Below, piece by piece: positions 12,936 to 26,669 of a DNA stretch of 64,000 nucleotides; the first letter of the stretch is position 1; the number at the start of each line of letters is the position of its first letter. The notes beneath the pieces were generated by a model, which was not told where the DNA came from, ran no database searches, and saw only the letters and a list, made by a program, of their open reading frames with translations. Where the stretch lies: contig JAAOMT010000468.1 of assembly GCA_016748015.1 (NCBI GenBank), positions 496,001 to 560,000 of the forward strand, in the 5' to 3' direction. A program made the position numbers and the translations under genes. The stretch is from Geosiphon pyriformis uo1 (taxonomy: Eukaryota; Fungi; Glomeromycota).

Positions 12936-14473
12936 TGTTGTCCTGATTGGTCCGAGTGGCTGGTCACGTGTAGATAATACATGATTCACACCTAGTTTAG
13001 ATCATTTGTATGATGTATTGCACTAGGCAGTGTTTGGACTTTGCTCATTAAATATTAATAAAAAAAAAATAAAAAAAAATACAATATTTTATAAAAAAAT
13101 AAAAAAAAATATTAAATATTTTGATAAAATAAAAATATCAAATGTTTTTAATTTAAGTATATTAATTTTAAATTTAAATAATTAATTATATATTAAATTT
13201 ATATAAGTAATATTTATTATAAAAGTTTAATTTTACATATATAAATAATAATAAAATTATATTTTATAATAATTTAAAAAAATCAACAAAAACTAATAAA
13301 AGTATTAATCTTAATTTTAAAAAAAATAAAATAAAAAATAAAATAAAAAACTTAAAAAAAAGTTAAAAACTTTATTAATAATAATAATATAATTTTAAAA
13401 AAGTTTACAATATTTAATAATAAATATAGTATTATAATTAAAAGTAAAATAAATAAAACTATTATTAAAAATATAAATAAAAAATATGTTAACAATTTTA
13501 AAATAAAAATCTTTAAGACAAATTTAATTAAAAATATAATAATAATTTTTTTAAATATATCTAATTATAATGTAATAATAATAAAATAACTGTAAAATTG
13601 TGTTTTTATTATTATTATTATTAAAGCAGATATTTTTTCAATTTTGGTTTTTTTATTTAAAAAAAATAGTGTTTTTAATTAATAAGTTTTTTATTTTGAA
13701 TTTGTTAATTATAAAAAAAGTTTTTTTGAGAAAAATTGTAAATAGTAAAAAAATTATTTACATTAATAATTAATTTTGAAAAATTTTTATTTAAAAAATA
13801 TTAAATTAATATTTATTTTTTAAATTTAGTTTAATTATAAAAAAATTTTAATTGTAAAAAATAGTCTAATTGTAAATATTAATTTTAAATATGCAAATAT
13901 TTAGTTAAATTAAAAAGTAATTATTAAGAAAGTTTTAATTAATGTTTCAAAAAAATATAATAACTGTATTTTTTAAGTTTAATAAAATTAAGTTAATTAA
14001 ATTATAGTTAATTGGTTTTTAATAAAAACTATAATAAAATTTGCTAATTTAAATTAAGTTAATTATATTGCTTTAATATAATTTATTTTTATTAAAAAAA
14101 AACTGTACATATAATAAAAATTAAAATATATTAAATTAATTTTTTTTAAATATATAATTTATAAATGTTTTAATTATACTGTTTTAAAATATAACTTTGT
14201 TAAAATATTTTTTTTTGTTTAAAAAACATTGGTTAAATAATGTTAAACTATATATTTATGTTAAAAAACTGTATTTGTTAATAATTTTCTAATCTTTAAT
14301 AATAAATTTTGGATTTAAATAATAAATAAAAGTTAAGTTAAAAATAAAATTATTTTTAATTTATTTTTTTTTAAATTCAACTTTTTTTCTTTGGCTTTAA
14401 ATAATTTATGTTCAAAAACAAGTAAATTTAAATTTTTTTTGGAATTATTAACAAACTAAATTAATACTTTAAA

Positions 14474-16047
14474 TTTTTTTTTTTAATTAATGAGTAAAGT
14501 CCAAACGCAACCTACTGCTATACATCAAAGAAATGATCTAAAATAAGCATGAATCATGTATTTTCTACATGTGACCAGCCACTCGGGCCAGTTAAAACAA
14601 CACTATACAGCTATACGAACAGAAACTAAGTCACTAATACCAGAAAAAAATAAGTAACACTTGTGATAACCAAAGCTAATATCAAAAGTCTTAACCATTC
14701 TCAGCAAATTGACCATACCAGCAGAAAACTTCGAAGACAAACCAGACAATGAAATAGAAATTGAACCATCTAGAAGAATCAACCTGCTCTTTTCCATGTA
14801 TACACAATATTTCACATGAACTAACTAAATATCATCCCTAAAAGCAAGACCAAGAGAATATGTAAATTTAACAATCTTTGAACCAGCCACCTTAGGGTCA
14901 TGGAAAACAAGAACAGTTTCATGAAACCAATCATTAAAAACAAAACCTTTATGAAAAGCCACCAACACTAAAGAACCAGAGACACAAGATGACAACAAAC
15001 ACAACACACTTGACGAAAAATGAGACAATCCAGAAAGTGTCTTCCAAGACTCCACGTGGGAATCTAATAACCAATGCCAAGTAGAATCATTGACTTCACA
15101 AGAAAACACATGATCTGACACCTCTATTTCACCGCAATACAAGCACACAACACTAGGATAAGACCTATTGTAAAGGTGCTTACAAATAGCCACAGGCAGT
15201 CGATGATGTAAAGTCTTCATGAAATAAGTGCGCGCATTAGCCAAGACTCTGTTGGTAAAACCAGCAGCCATATGCAAATTCAGATGCCACACCAATGAGG
15301 AGCATGACCAATCAATCTCAGAAGCCAAATCACTCATCAAAAACTTAACTTCCAAACCTATTTCCCAATGTGCATGACTAATAGAGCAGAAAACATCTCG
15401 GACAAAACATCTAGAATTATCAGAAATCACAACACCATTGGCCACCAAAAAGTGCTCATTTAAGCGAAGAGGAAGAAACCAACTAGAAAGAAAGTCAAAA
15501 CCAGCAATCACATCAGTCTGCTCATTCCTTTCCACACCAGAATGACCTTTGACTTTATGCCAACTAACTCTTAAAATTTTCCCATGAATTAAGTTAATAA
15601 TATGCTGATGCTCAACCCAGCACTGATTGTGAAAATCAGGATGTAAAAGACCTAATTCCAACTTGCACACATCCAAGGCAGACTAACTGTCTGAAAACAG
15701 GTGAACTGAATTAAAAGGGGGAACACATTCCAGAGCCAAAGCAATGGCTTGTAGCTCAGCCAGAGTGGATGACATCAAACCCAAAATGCCAACGCCCAAA
15801 CCCAAACCAACATCCTCAAAAAAGGCAGCAGTGCCAGCTTTACAGCCAACTGTATCCAGATTCCTCAAAGATCCATTCATGTAGACAGATAAACAACCAG
15901 TTTCAACACGTGAGAAATGATCACAGACAGACAAAAATTCACCAGAACCAAGAATACTCAAAGAACCAACATTATCCAAAACTGAAGAAGGTGCAAAAGA
16001 AAAAGTCACGCCATTGAGAAATGCAGCAGAAAGCTTAAACCAATCAA
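14474..16047 (-). mobile_element. LINE copy B, 5'-truncated (RNase H to 3' UTR and tail)
   Basis: VYMNGSL..AELQAIALALEC..KVKGHSGVERNEQTD, CLYCGEIEVSDHVFSC; 3' UTR ~14487-14602; T-run tail on + strand. Confidence 0.9.
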
Positions 16048-16781
16048 AGATACTTTAATTAAAAACTTTTTATTTTTAATTAATAATTAATTAATTAAAT
16101 TTTTAGTCTTTTTATTAATTTTTGTTTTTGTTTTGATTATTAATAAAAATATAAAATTAATGCTAAATTTTATTAAAAAAAAATCAATTAATATTGATTT
16201 TAATTTAAAAATAGTAATATTAAAAAAAATTTAAAAGTTTTTCAAATATAATTTAAATTTTAATAATATTACAAATAAACTTAGTAAAATATAATTATAA
16301 TGTTTGGTGTTCATAATTTGTTATTGAAAACAGAATGATTTTTGAATAAATAGGTTTTGGTAATAAAATAAATTATTAATCTTTAAAAGTTTTTTTATTT
16401 AAAGTTTTACTTATTAGATTTTTTTATCTAAAGTTTTACTTATTATATTTTTTATTATAAGACACAAAAATGTTGTTTTTTGTTATAATTGGGTTTTTTT
16501 TCTAATTAGTTAAAAATAATCACTAAAATCTGGCATTGTTTTTTGGTTTTTCTAATAAGCTAACAAAATAAAGTTAATATTTAAACTTAAAAAAAACTTT
16601 TTTTTTTACCAGACTATTATAAAGTTTAATCTTAAAACATTCGATTTTTTTTTTTTAATGCATTTTAACGAGTGTAGCCCAATCGCTATCTAGTACATAG
16701 AACCAAACTAAGAGGCTCAAACTAAACGCGACTCACGCACTTTCTACATGTGGCTAGCCACTCAGGCCAGACAAGGCAACA

Positions 16782-19700
16782 CTACACATCTATAACTACC
16801 CGCACACTGCCACCCAGACCAGAAAAGAAACAAAAAGGCTTCCGACGACTAAAGCTAACAGCAAAGAAATTGGCCAAACCAAGCAATCTCACAACACCAT
16901 CAGACAAAACCAAAGACACACCACAAGGGAGCCCAGAAACAACACCAACATCACAGACCAGACCAGCCTTCTCCATCACCACCCAGTGGCTGGCTCTAGC
17001 CAACCATACCTTAGCACGATGTAAACCAACAACGAACCTAACATAATCAACAATCCTAGCAGTGGCCACTTTTCTATCCTCAAAAACATCGCAAGCCTCC
17101 TCATACTACTCCTTCAGCACAAACCCTTTGCACACCAAAGTGTACAGTCCAACATCAATGGAACATTGAGACAAAACCTGCAACACAGCAGAAGCAGAGA
17201 AACCACCAGCCAAAGCTGACCAACGAGCAGAAGCCTCCGCCAAAATCTCACCACAAATGCCAGACTCATGAACATAAGTAAAAATGTGGTCAGAGAACTC
17301 CACCTCACCGCAAAACAAACACAACACACTAAGGTAGCATTTATCATACAACCTCTTTCTAATGGCCACCGGCAACCTCCTGTGCACAGCCTTCATAACA
17401 TAAGTGCGAAGCGATGAGGATGCGCGGCTAGTGAACCCAGCAAGCATATGAGAATCAGGATGCCACACTTTTGCCGTGACAACCCAGTCTATGCAACCAA
17501 TCATCGCATCTGGAACCACATCACAACCAGGCCCAGCTTCCCAACGAACACAACGAATTGATCGAAAAATATTCCTGACAAAATGATGGGCATTACCAGA
17601 AACAGCGACACCCTCAGCAACCAAAAAATGTTCACGCACATCGGCACAAAGGGAAAAGGGAGACCCAGAGACAGCCCCAGCAGCCAAGTCAGCTTTCACA
17701 TTACCAGGAATTCCAGAGTGTCCCTTCACCTTAACCCAACTCACACTGAGATCCTTATCCCTGACCAAATTGAAAATATGACACCTTTCCAGCCAGCATT
17801 GATTACGAAAATCAGGAGCAACCAAAGACATCTCAGACACACATGCGTCAATGGCAACCTGGCTGTCAAGACGCAACACCACAGTACTTGAAGAAGGAAC
17901 ACACTCCAAAGCCAAAGCGACAGCCTGTAACTCAGCCTTAGTAGATGACAAAAGACCACGAACAGCGACACCAATACTCATATCCAAGACCGGAAAGTAC
18001 GCAGCAGCACCACAGGTGACCTCAGCAGAGCCTGCATTCCTCAAAGACCCATCCATGAAAACTTCAAAAGAGTCTGACCAAATGTCATGCAACCCATCCT
18101 TAACTGCAGAAAATACTCCAGACCCCAAAATGTCCAAACCAAGCTTTTCTGCAGAGCCAACAGAACCAGAAAATGAGTAACCCTGATCTTTCAAAAACTC
18201 AGAAGAAACCACGAACCAGTAAGGCACAGGGCCACGCAGATCCAACCTCTTCCAACGACGAAAAGTTTTCTAATCCAACAAAACACCTTTCTTATCAAAA
18301 AGCCGATCACCAAAAGCGACACCAAAACGTTTAAGAGATTTGACCGAATCAAAATACAGAGACTTTCCAAGAACAGAGGACAACAGGAACTGACCAAGAC
18401 TACGAAATGCAGTGGGAAGGTTGTTCACCAAAGTAAGCTCATTGCCCAGAAAGATCTTCACCATCCCAGCCAAAAAATTGTTCACTGGACTAACATGCAA
18501 CCTGACCGGAAACTGCAAAGGATCCAAAGGAGCCCAACCAAGAACCTGTAGGTCCAAAAACCTATGTCTAAACAAACGCCCAAGAATGCCAAAAGCATTA
18601 GAGAACGCCATCAAAGCAGCAACCTTCCTTTCAGACTGCACCTGCTCAAAAGGCTTTAGGCCATACAATGAGGGATGATGCAAAGCAGTGTCAGGAAAAT
18701 CATGGAGGAGACAAGCCTTAAACCTAAGACCCTTTCTAACCAAGACATTCCACTTGTGACAAACATTAGATAAGACAAAACTGAACTGAGTATGATAGCC
18801 AACAATAGGCTGCAAAACAGCTGACATCAGATACGAGAATTGTTTGTCTGTAATAGCCTTCTTAAGCACAACATTGATGAAGAAACGTACATCTGCATGA
18901 GCCTTGGCAACACTCGGCTTGGAGAGCCTCTCAGTCGACAGAAAAATACCCAGATACCGATGTGCTTCCCCTTTCTTGGCAATAGAGATTGGCTGACCAC
19001 AAATGTTCAGTGAAGCAACTTTAATGCCTTGATTGATGGGAATAGCCACTGTCTTCTCACTATTGATAGAAATATCATTGATCACAAAAAATTCACTGGC
19101 AATGTTCAGAGCATATTGAGTAGAAGCCTGACAATTTCCAACCCAGATCGTATCATCGACAAACGCACCAGCCAAAAAATACGATGTCAAACCACTATTG
19201 CCCTCAATTCTGCCAGATTTCGAAACAAACTTAGTATCAATCCGGTACCCACACAATTGTTTGTGCTTTTTAACCTTACACAAAAGCGGATCGTAAAAAA
19301 TCCTCTAAAGAAGTGGCGAAAAGACCTCACCCTGGTCCAGCCCATCATGCACCTTATAACCACCAGACAAACCAAAGTCAGTCATCACCCTATTAACTCT
19401 ATCCTCATGAATACCACCAAAAAACCTTATGAACCTCTCACACATCTTGACACGCCATAAACTAGCTCTTAAATGATGCCACCCAACTGAATCGTAAGCT
19501 TTCCGCATATCTTGCAAGACCAACCATAACTCCCTATCCTTCTCAATGGCATCCTCAATTACCGAACTGACAGCAAACACTGGAAATTGCGTTGACGTAC
19601 TCTTCAGCACCGAAAAGTTGTCATCCTGAAGAACATTGAACTTGCTACAAGCTATTAAAATACAGTCAGACAGAATCTTGGAAAGAATCTTCCTGGCAGT

Positions 19701-21467
19701 CTCAATCAAAGCAATGGGCCGAGTGTTTGTAAGAACTCCATCCCAGTCATAAGGCTTAGGAATTATAGACACCCAAGCTCTCTTCCACAAAACAGGCACC
19801 ACACCACCCAACAAACATTTATTAAACAGTGCCAACAGACACCCCAAAACTACCTCACCACCATGTTTCCATAATTCATTAGGAACACCAGACAAACCAG
19901 CAGCCTTGCCATTAGGAAGACCACCAACAACAGAAAGTAACTTGCCCATACTGATTGCACTCATAACACCTGAAAAAGCATCATCCCGAACATAGTCCAA
20001 AGGCGCGTACTGACAAGCCCAAAGATCAGGAAGCACTGACTGCACAGAGCATTTCCTCGTCCACCCCTCCATTATTCCATCCACACTGGACTTCACCTCT
20101 TCAGGCAACAAAACCAGATCATCATCAACTATCAAGTGATCCAACACAACCTTGTGAAAAGACTTTTCCAACACACTCCTGATCATACTACCCTTATCTG
20201 AACAGAAATTATCCATGCACTTCTTAATCATCTTCCTAACCAAAGCTTTCTCAGCCAACTTTGACTCAAACATCTTTGACCTCCTATAATCTCTATGAAC
20301 CAATGACAAATGTCTAACAACAACATCAAATTTAACACCCGAGCCAACCAAATCCTTGAAAGCATGAGCCTTTGCGTTATCCAGAGTCGACCATTTACTC
20401 ACAAGACGATCAGTGCCCAGCAAGTCACCAGAGCAAAATTTCTTGACAATCTTGGCCACCAACAATTCCAGACCAAAAAACCTAGAAGAATGTTTGTTTC
20501 TCGAACACTTGAATTCACTAAACCAATGCCTCGAAAATGTCACATCAGCAGAATCCACCACAGCTCCCACCAGAACTGCCCACATAGCATCCACATCACC
20601 ACGTATTTCGGCACCAGAAAACACCTCACCCAAAAACAAAAGTTTAGCTGATGAGAGGTCTTTAAACTTAGCCCATCCAACACAGTCAGCATTCCTGATT
20701 TTGAACTTTCAATGATCTTTATTCGCCTGCTTGTGCAAACTGTTCAATTGTACATTTAGAAGCCCACCCAAACCGACTGAAACCACAACTGCCTTGTGAT
20801 CAGTGTCAAAAAAATCTGAAACAGAGACAACTTGATGACCAGCAACAGCAGAAGACAAATTACCACCAACAAAAATGTAATCAATCGTTTTCCCAACCCC
20901 TTTCGAATTGCTCCACGTATAAGAATTAGCCAAATGATGACCAACAAATGAATTGACCAAACCCAAACTCAAACAAAACTTGAAACTAGCATTTCTACCA
21001 GATCCATTCTCATTAAGGTCCCCACCCAAGACAACAAAATTGCTGGAATTGACTGTCTTTGCAATGAGGGTGTTAACTTTAGAAGCCTGACCAAATTTAG
21101 CCCCAGAAGAGGCACCAGCATACAACTCCAAAACAGTAACCAAGAGCTTGCTCTTAAACAGGAGCCGAACAGAAATAACCCGACCAGGAATCTTCTCCAC
21201 CTTAGATACATAATGGGCCAAAGAAGTGTTCATAACAATCGCAACCCCAGCACCCATAAAACTCTTATCCAAGCCAGAAGAAAATACTCGCACTCCATCA
21301 AACTTATCCTTTATCCACGGCCCAGAAGAGGATCTCAACTTAGTCTCAGTGATAAAAAAAACCATATTTCCCGAGTTCACATGCCAACAAACAACATCCG
21401 CTTGTTTCGCAGGAACATTGATACCCCGAACATTGCACGTAGCAAATTTCCAAACCAAACTACTCAT
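16782..21467 (-). pseudogene. LINE C ORF2 (APE-RT-RNase H-zinc finger) with a few in-frame stops
   Basis: Same-frame pieces 20709..21467, 19305..20639, 18270..19283, 17106..18245 and 16782..17069; motifs TCNVRG, DMRKAYDSV, QGEVFSP, AFVDDT, FMDGS, KVKGHSG. Confidence 0.93.
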
Positions 21468-23419
21468 TGAGATGGAGGAAAAGCCAACGAACCCGATCCA
21501 GAATGCAGATGATCCAATCTATCCAAGACCGAACAAACTGAAGCCTCAAGAGCCATCATATTTGATTCCAAACTGCCAATCTTGGCAGTCAAAACCTTAG
21601 AACTGCTCGGACTGAAATTAACAACCGACCCACCAACATTGGGAGAAGAAGAAGCAGACGACAACAACGTGCCATCCAACTCCATATCCGGGTCCGTATC
21701 TGAAACAACGACAGTTGGAGACACCAAAGGAAGAGCTGAGAGAGAAGATGCCAATGGCACCAAGTCAACAAAACTTAACTTCTTTAAAATGAGTGAGACT
21801 TGGTCTGAGAGAATTTCTACGGAGTGTTCCAGCACAGCTAGGCGACTACCTAGATCAGTGGCACCAGACGAGAAGGAATCCATTAAGAAAGCCATCGAAC
21901 CAGAGATCAAACTAACACCAGGAGCACCTGAAAAGACAACGCGAGAGGAGAAACTGCCTGCCACTTGGGCCCACGTTTTCCCACCAAAAGAAACTGGACG
22001 AGCGATAGGGGCCGACTTCTTCTTATATATCCCAGCTAGACGAACCCAATCTTGCTCAGAAACCACCCTTCTACTTCGAACACCAGAATACACACCCAAG
22101 GAACAATTGACTGAAACATAACCAAATTGTTTACAATGAGCACAACTGGCCAAAGAAAGACCAGCCCAACGCAAACTCACATTCCTGAAAACTGGAACGG
22201 TACCAATAGCAGCCAATTTGGATGCCTCATCACCAAAACAAATTACAGCACATCTATTACGAACATATGAATTAAGGTTACGGCCAATATAACAAGTCTT
22301 CCCACCATATGATTCCAACAAATTGGAGAGGTCATGAGCATTAGTGCCAACTGGAAGAGTATAAAGTAAAGCCCGATGCTGATCTCTCGATACTCACGTT
22401 TGTTTATTAATATTTGCTTTTGCCACTCAGACCGAATCCTTTCTCATGAGCACAGATCATCTAGCTGTGACCAAATCAGCCATCTCAGATGATTCATATT
22501 CTACCAGGGCCTTTTGCCAAAGACCAATAAGCTGCACTTTAATTGAAACAATCTTGCCAAACTTGGAGAACACTGCCTCAATTGCTGATTTGGGAAGATC
22601 TACTGAGATTTCCTTGACAATCACCTCCCGATCTGAATGACTGTTTACTTTTCTTAGATCATCATTTACCAATATTTTTTCACTGATCGCCATTTCCCTC
22701 GCCTTAAACAAACTTTTCTCAGATGTAAATGATGATCTTATTATTCCAGAAAATTTTGAGGGAGTCGAAGCCCCCCCAAAACCATCAACCTGATAAAAAA
22801 ATTTTTTCACATAAACCAACTTATCACCAGTAGTTTTGCCAGGAACGGCAGATAGCTCAATATCCAATGCAAATGATTTCGACGAAATAAAACTCTGTTT
22901 CTCCGGAGCACGTGACCCGACTGGAGGAATGCGATTGGACCCACAAAATTTTGAACTCGGAAGGGGCAGAGTGTCTTCACCATCACTTAGTGCGTTGAAA
23001 GATAGAGGTGGCGGCTTACTGTTCAGAACATAGGTGCGGGTACGTGTCTTCCTAGGCGTGGCATCATTCATGTCATCGTCAAAACCTGAAACATCCAACT
23101 CTGCATAACTAGTTTCCTCAGCGACGACGTTTTCCAAGTTATCCAAGTCCGAAACGCCACTTACGCTGTCCACTTCGCTGTTGACCTCGCTAGCCCATGA
23201 TCACCCAATATTAGGTCTGTCACCACTTTCATCCATAATGTTCGAAACACCAGCAGACGACTCCACCAAACTATCAACCACCACAGATTTCTTTGGCTTC
23301 TTATAGGACGCACCGCGAGATTGAGGACCAACCAAACACTTATTTTTGACACCAGACCGGGTTCCCAACCCAGCCGAAATAGACCCAAAACCACCAGCAG
23401 CAACGCCCACTGGTTCCAT
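21464..23419 (-). pseudogene. LINE C ORF1 (RRM-like, CAHCKQFGYVSVNC knuckle, coiled coil)
   Basis: ORF pieces 23201..23425, 22457..23173 and 21464..22321. Confidence 0.85.
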
Positions 23420-24419
23420 AGCCACAAAAAGGGGAATGTCTGAAGAAATAACTGGAGAGAAGTGAAAGGGAAAGGGAAAAGGAAGGCTATTTCAATGATG
23501 ACTCAAAGCTCTCATTGTGACCAGGGGATCAACGAAGGAAAAAGCCGATTTTTAATATTGTTACTTTTCAAAAATAAAAAAATAAAATAAAATAAAATAA
23601 AATAAAAGTAAAAAAAAATGAAAAAAAATTAATATTTTATCAATTATTATAATTAAAAGTGATTAATTCAAGTTATTAAAATTTTAAAAACAGTTATGTT
23701 AATTATATTTGGTCTGAAACAAAGATAAAAAAACAAACAATTTAGATTTTAACAATAAGCTTTAAAACTTATATAGTTGATTAAAATAATAATATTTTAT
23801 TTAATAAATTTAAAATATAAAAAATAAAAAGAAGAAAAAAGTTTCTAAAGCTAAAAATAAGATAAAAATATTAATTTGATTTTGTTTTTTTTTTAAAAAC
23901 TAGTTTTTATACATATTTTTTAGTTTTATAAAATTGTTTTTAATTGTTTATTATTATTAATTATTGTTTATTATATATATATATTGTTTTATTTTTTTCT
24001 GTTATAATTAGTTATTTTAGATTATAACTAGTTATTTGTATTATTAGAGATTATCTTAAATTATTTTGTATTATTTTGTATTATCTTATATTATCATATT
24101 TTTTTATGTTATTATATAATATTCATGTTTTTTTTAATAAGTTTCTAATTAATTTTTTTACTTGAATAATAACTACTATTTAAATTTAAATTTATTTTAT
24201 ATTATAAAAAATTTAATTTTAAAAAATTATAATATGTAATATAAAAAATATACACAATTCTATAAATTAAAATTATATAATAAAATAATACAAAAAATAA
24301 ATAATTTGGTTTTAATTATTATAAAATTAAATTTAAAATTTTTTTTGGATATTAAATCAAAAATAAATATAAAGTATCAAAATTTTTGTTTTAAAAAAAT
24401 ATTGATTATTTAGATTTAA

Positions 24420-24455
<36 letters not shown>

Positions 24456-25193
24456 TTATTATTATTATTATTATAAAACATATATATAAAGTTAAAAATA
24501 TTTTAAAATACTTATTAATTATTAGATTTTTATATAAAAATTTTGTTTTTGTTTTTGTTTTTAAGTTTTATACTATAGTTTTATTTAAAATATATTTTAT
24601 TTAAACTATTAAAATTATTAAAATATTAATTAATAATTTTAACTAAAAAAAATTAAATACAATATTAATTTAAATATATTCAAAAACATAGGCTTTTATA
24701 TTAAAAAAATATTAATTTTTTAATATAATATAATTTTAAAAAAGCTTTTAAAACTTTGAATTTATTTTAATTAATAAAACTATATTAAATAAAAAAATAT
24801 TTAATATTAACAAGTTTTTTAATACAAATTACATAATTTTTTTGGTATTTTTTGGTTTAAGTAATTTGTTAAATAATAAAATTTTATTAATTTGTAAACA
24901 AACCAAAAAAATTATTAAAAATTTAATTTAAATAAAATTAATATAAATTAATAAAATAAATTTAATAATATTATCAAATAAAATAATAATATTATAAGTT
25001 ATTATTAATTATTTAACCAATTTATTACTATTAATAATAATAATTTAATTTATATAATACATAAATATAATTAATATATAATATTATTATTATGTAATAT
25101 TTTAAATTTTATAATATTTAAAAATATTGTAAAAAATTTTATTATATTTTGTAAAAAAACTTTTTTTTCTTATCAATTCTCTGGTTATGACGA

Positions 25194-25986
25194 TATTACA
25201 AGTAATTATTTGTGGTCTCAAAGCAAATAACAAATCTGTAATTAAGTGTTCAATTGATTTTAATAGTATTGGTTTCTAAAAGTTTTGGTTATTTGAAGGT
25301 TTTGGGTTGAAGTTTTTTGTATAATAGACAGAGATTTAGTAGTAATTGTAGTAGATTTCTGGAATTACAATTCTGCCCAATTTTTTTCTCAGCTTGATAG
25401 CCAGATTTACTCTGGTAGTCGTGTTTTTTTAATAAGCTATCTGTTAATATATATGCAATTTTACCCTTATTTTTGGGTCTTTTACCAGACTATCCTTGAT
25501 GTTAATAATTCAGCACTTTATTCTTTAATCAATTAGTCAACAACAAGAAATAACAAACAAAAAAAAATAAAAAAAAATAAAAAAATAAGCCAAGGCAATA
25601 AGTATTAGTATTCTGTTAATAATCATAATCAAGAATTATTGTTCCAATGTGGTTAAGTATTAATTACTATTAACATGAAGTGATGATAGTGGAAAGTGAA
25701 TTGAAGATATTGAATAATTATTTATTAATATTTGTGATGTGGAAAATTGCTTAGATTAAATCTAAACTAAGAGGTCTCTTTTTTCTGCTTTTAATACTAC
25801 TGCTATATATACCTAATTTATGTTTTATGAGATTGTTCACATTCTTGAGCAGTGCACTATGATTTCTTAAGTAGTGTGTCATAATTTCTGACATTGCTTC
25901 ATATTGCTGAACAATATGCTCACATGCTAACTACTACTCTCTTATTGGTTTACTATTTTCTATATCTGTTTTCTTTATAAGTAATA
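25194..25986 (-). repeat. 3' LTR of Gypsy copy 1
   Basis: Direct repeat of 34305-35198; ends TATTACA..GTAATA (mutated from TGTTACA..GTAACA). Confidence 0.92.
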
Positions 25987-25999
25987 TTATCTTTTCTTT

Positions 26000-26630
26000 T
26001 TAATATTGAGTTTCATCGAAATCCTCATTTTGAATTATGTCAAATACTTTTTTTTCAAGTAGCGTTTGTTCCACTCTACTCTTTATTTCTTCAATTTGTG
26101 AGTTGTTTATTCTTCTTTATTGGTTGATGGTTATTGTTTCTATGTTAGCATGTAACAATACTTCTGGGTAGTTTTGAAATATTGTGTGTAGTCAATAAAT
26201 GGTTCTAATGTGTAGTGTTAAGTTTGTTTTCTTTTCAATAATGTTTTCAATATTTCTGATTATCTCTTAATTGAAGATTCTTTTGGATTTGTCAAGATAT
26301 AATTTCTGAATATCTACTTTTCATCTCAATTGATAGTAGCAGTATGGTATTGGAAGTTGGTTTATTTATTGGTTTCAATTTTTTTTTATTGGTTCTTCTG
26401 TTAGAACAATAATAGTTATCTTTTCAAAAGTGTTTTTTACTTTTTTTACTATTTTATTTGACCAGTTTATTGATTTTTTCTGTGGTTGCTGGTATGGTGT
26501 ATTTTTCTCTTTTTGTTTGGTGTTTTGATAACAGATTGTTTAGTTGTTGATGGTAATTTCTATGTTTACTTGCTGTTGACTTAAAGCCTGAAACAATTGT
26601 TAAGCTAAAGTGTTGGTTTGGTATTTTCAT
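26000..26630 (-). pseudogene. Gypsy 1 extra 3' ORF (ORF3) of unknown function
   Basis: Translates to QLFQALSQQQV..LPIPYCYYQL..IFQNYPEVLLH..QNEDFDETQY*, homologous to 52996-53630. Confidence 0.72.
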
Positions 26631-26669
26631 TTTTTGTTATTGCTTTTGTCATGTATACTGTGTTTTTAT

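Larger units (their letters stand above)
6431..13080 (+). mobile_element. Non-LTR retrotransposon (LINE) copy A, near full-length, degenerate
   Basis: ORF1 and ORF2 (APE, RT, RNase H, zinc finger), conserved 3' UTR 12936-13052, A-rich tail to ~13080. Confidence 0.93.
16650..23545 (-). mobile_element. LINE copy C, full-length, least mutated copy, with target-site duplication
   Basis: 5' UTR 23420-23545, ORF1, ORF2, 3' UTR ~16665-16781 and tail. CGATTTTT occurs at both 16642-16649 and 23546-23553 (TSD). Retains many CpG. Confidence 0.93.
16265..24175. repeat. Eroded AT-rich dispersed repeat, copy 1 (16265-16641 plus 23554-24175; split by LINE C)
   Basis: Aligns by eye, in inverted orientation, to 55274-55630 and 43932-44547, e.g. 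ttttaccagactattataaagtttaatcttaaaaca versus the reverse complement of ctgttttaaaattaaactttataatagcctggtaaaa. Confidence 0.75.

Noticed and set aside
12940-12965. tRNA A-box-like TGGTCCGAGTGG at the start of the LINE 3' UTR
   Set aside because: No B-box (GTTCGA) or cloverleaf follows; not called a tRNA or SINE.
17583-22121. Antisense ORFs over the LINEs (e.g. 19029..19460, 21582..22121)
   Set aside because: Shadow frames from strong strand asymmetry; not conserved between copies.
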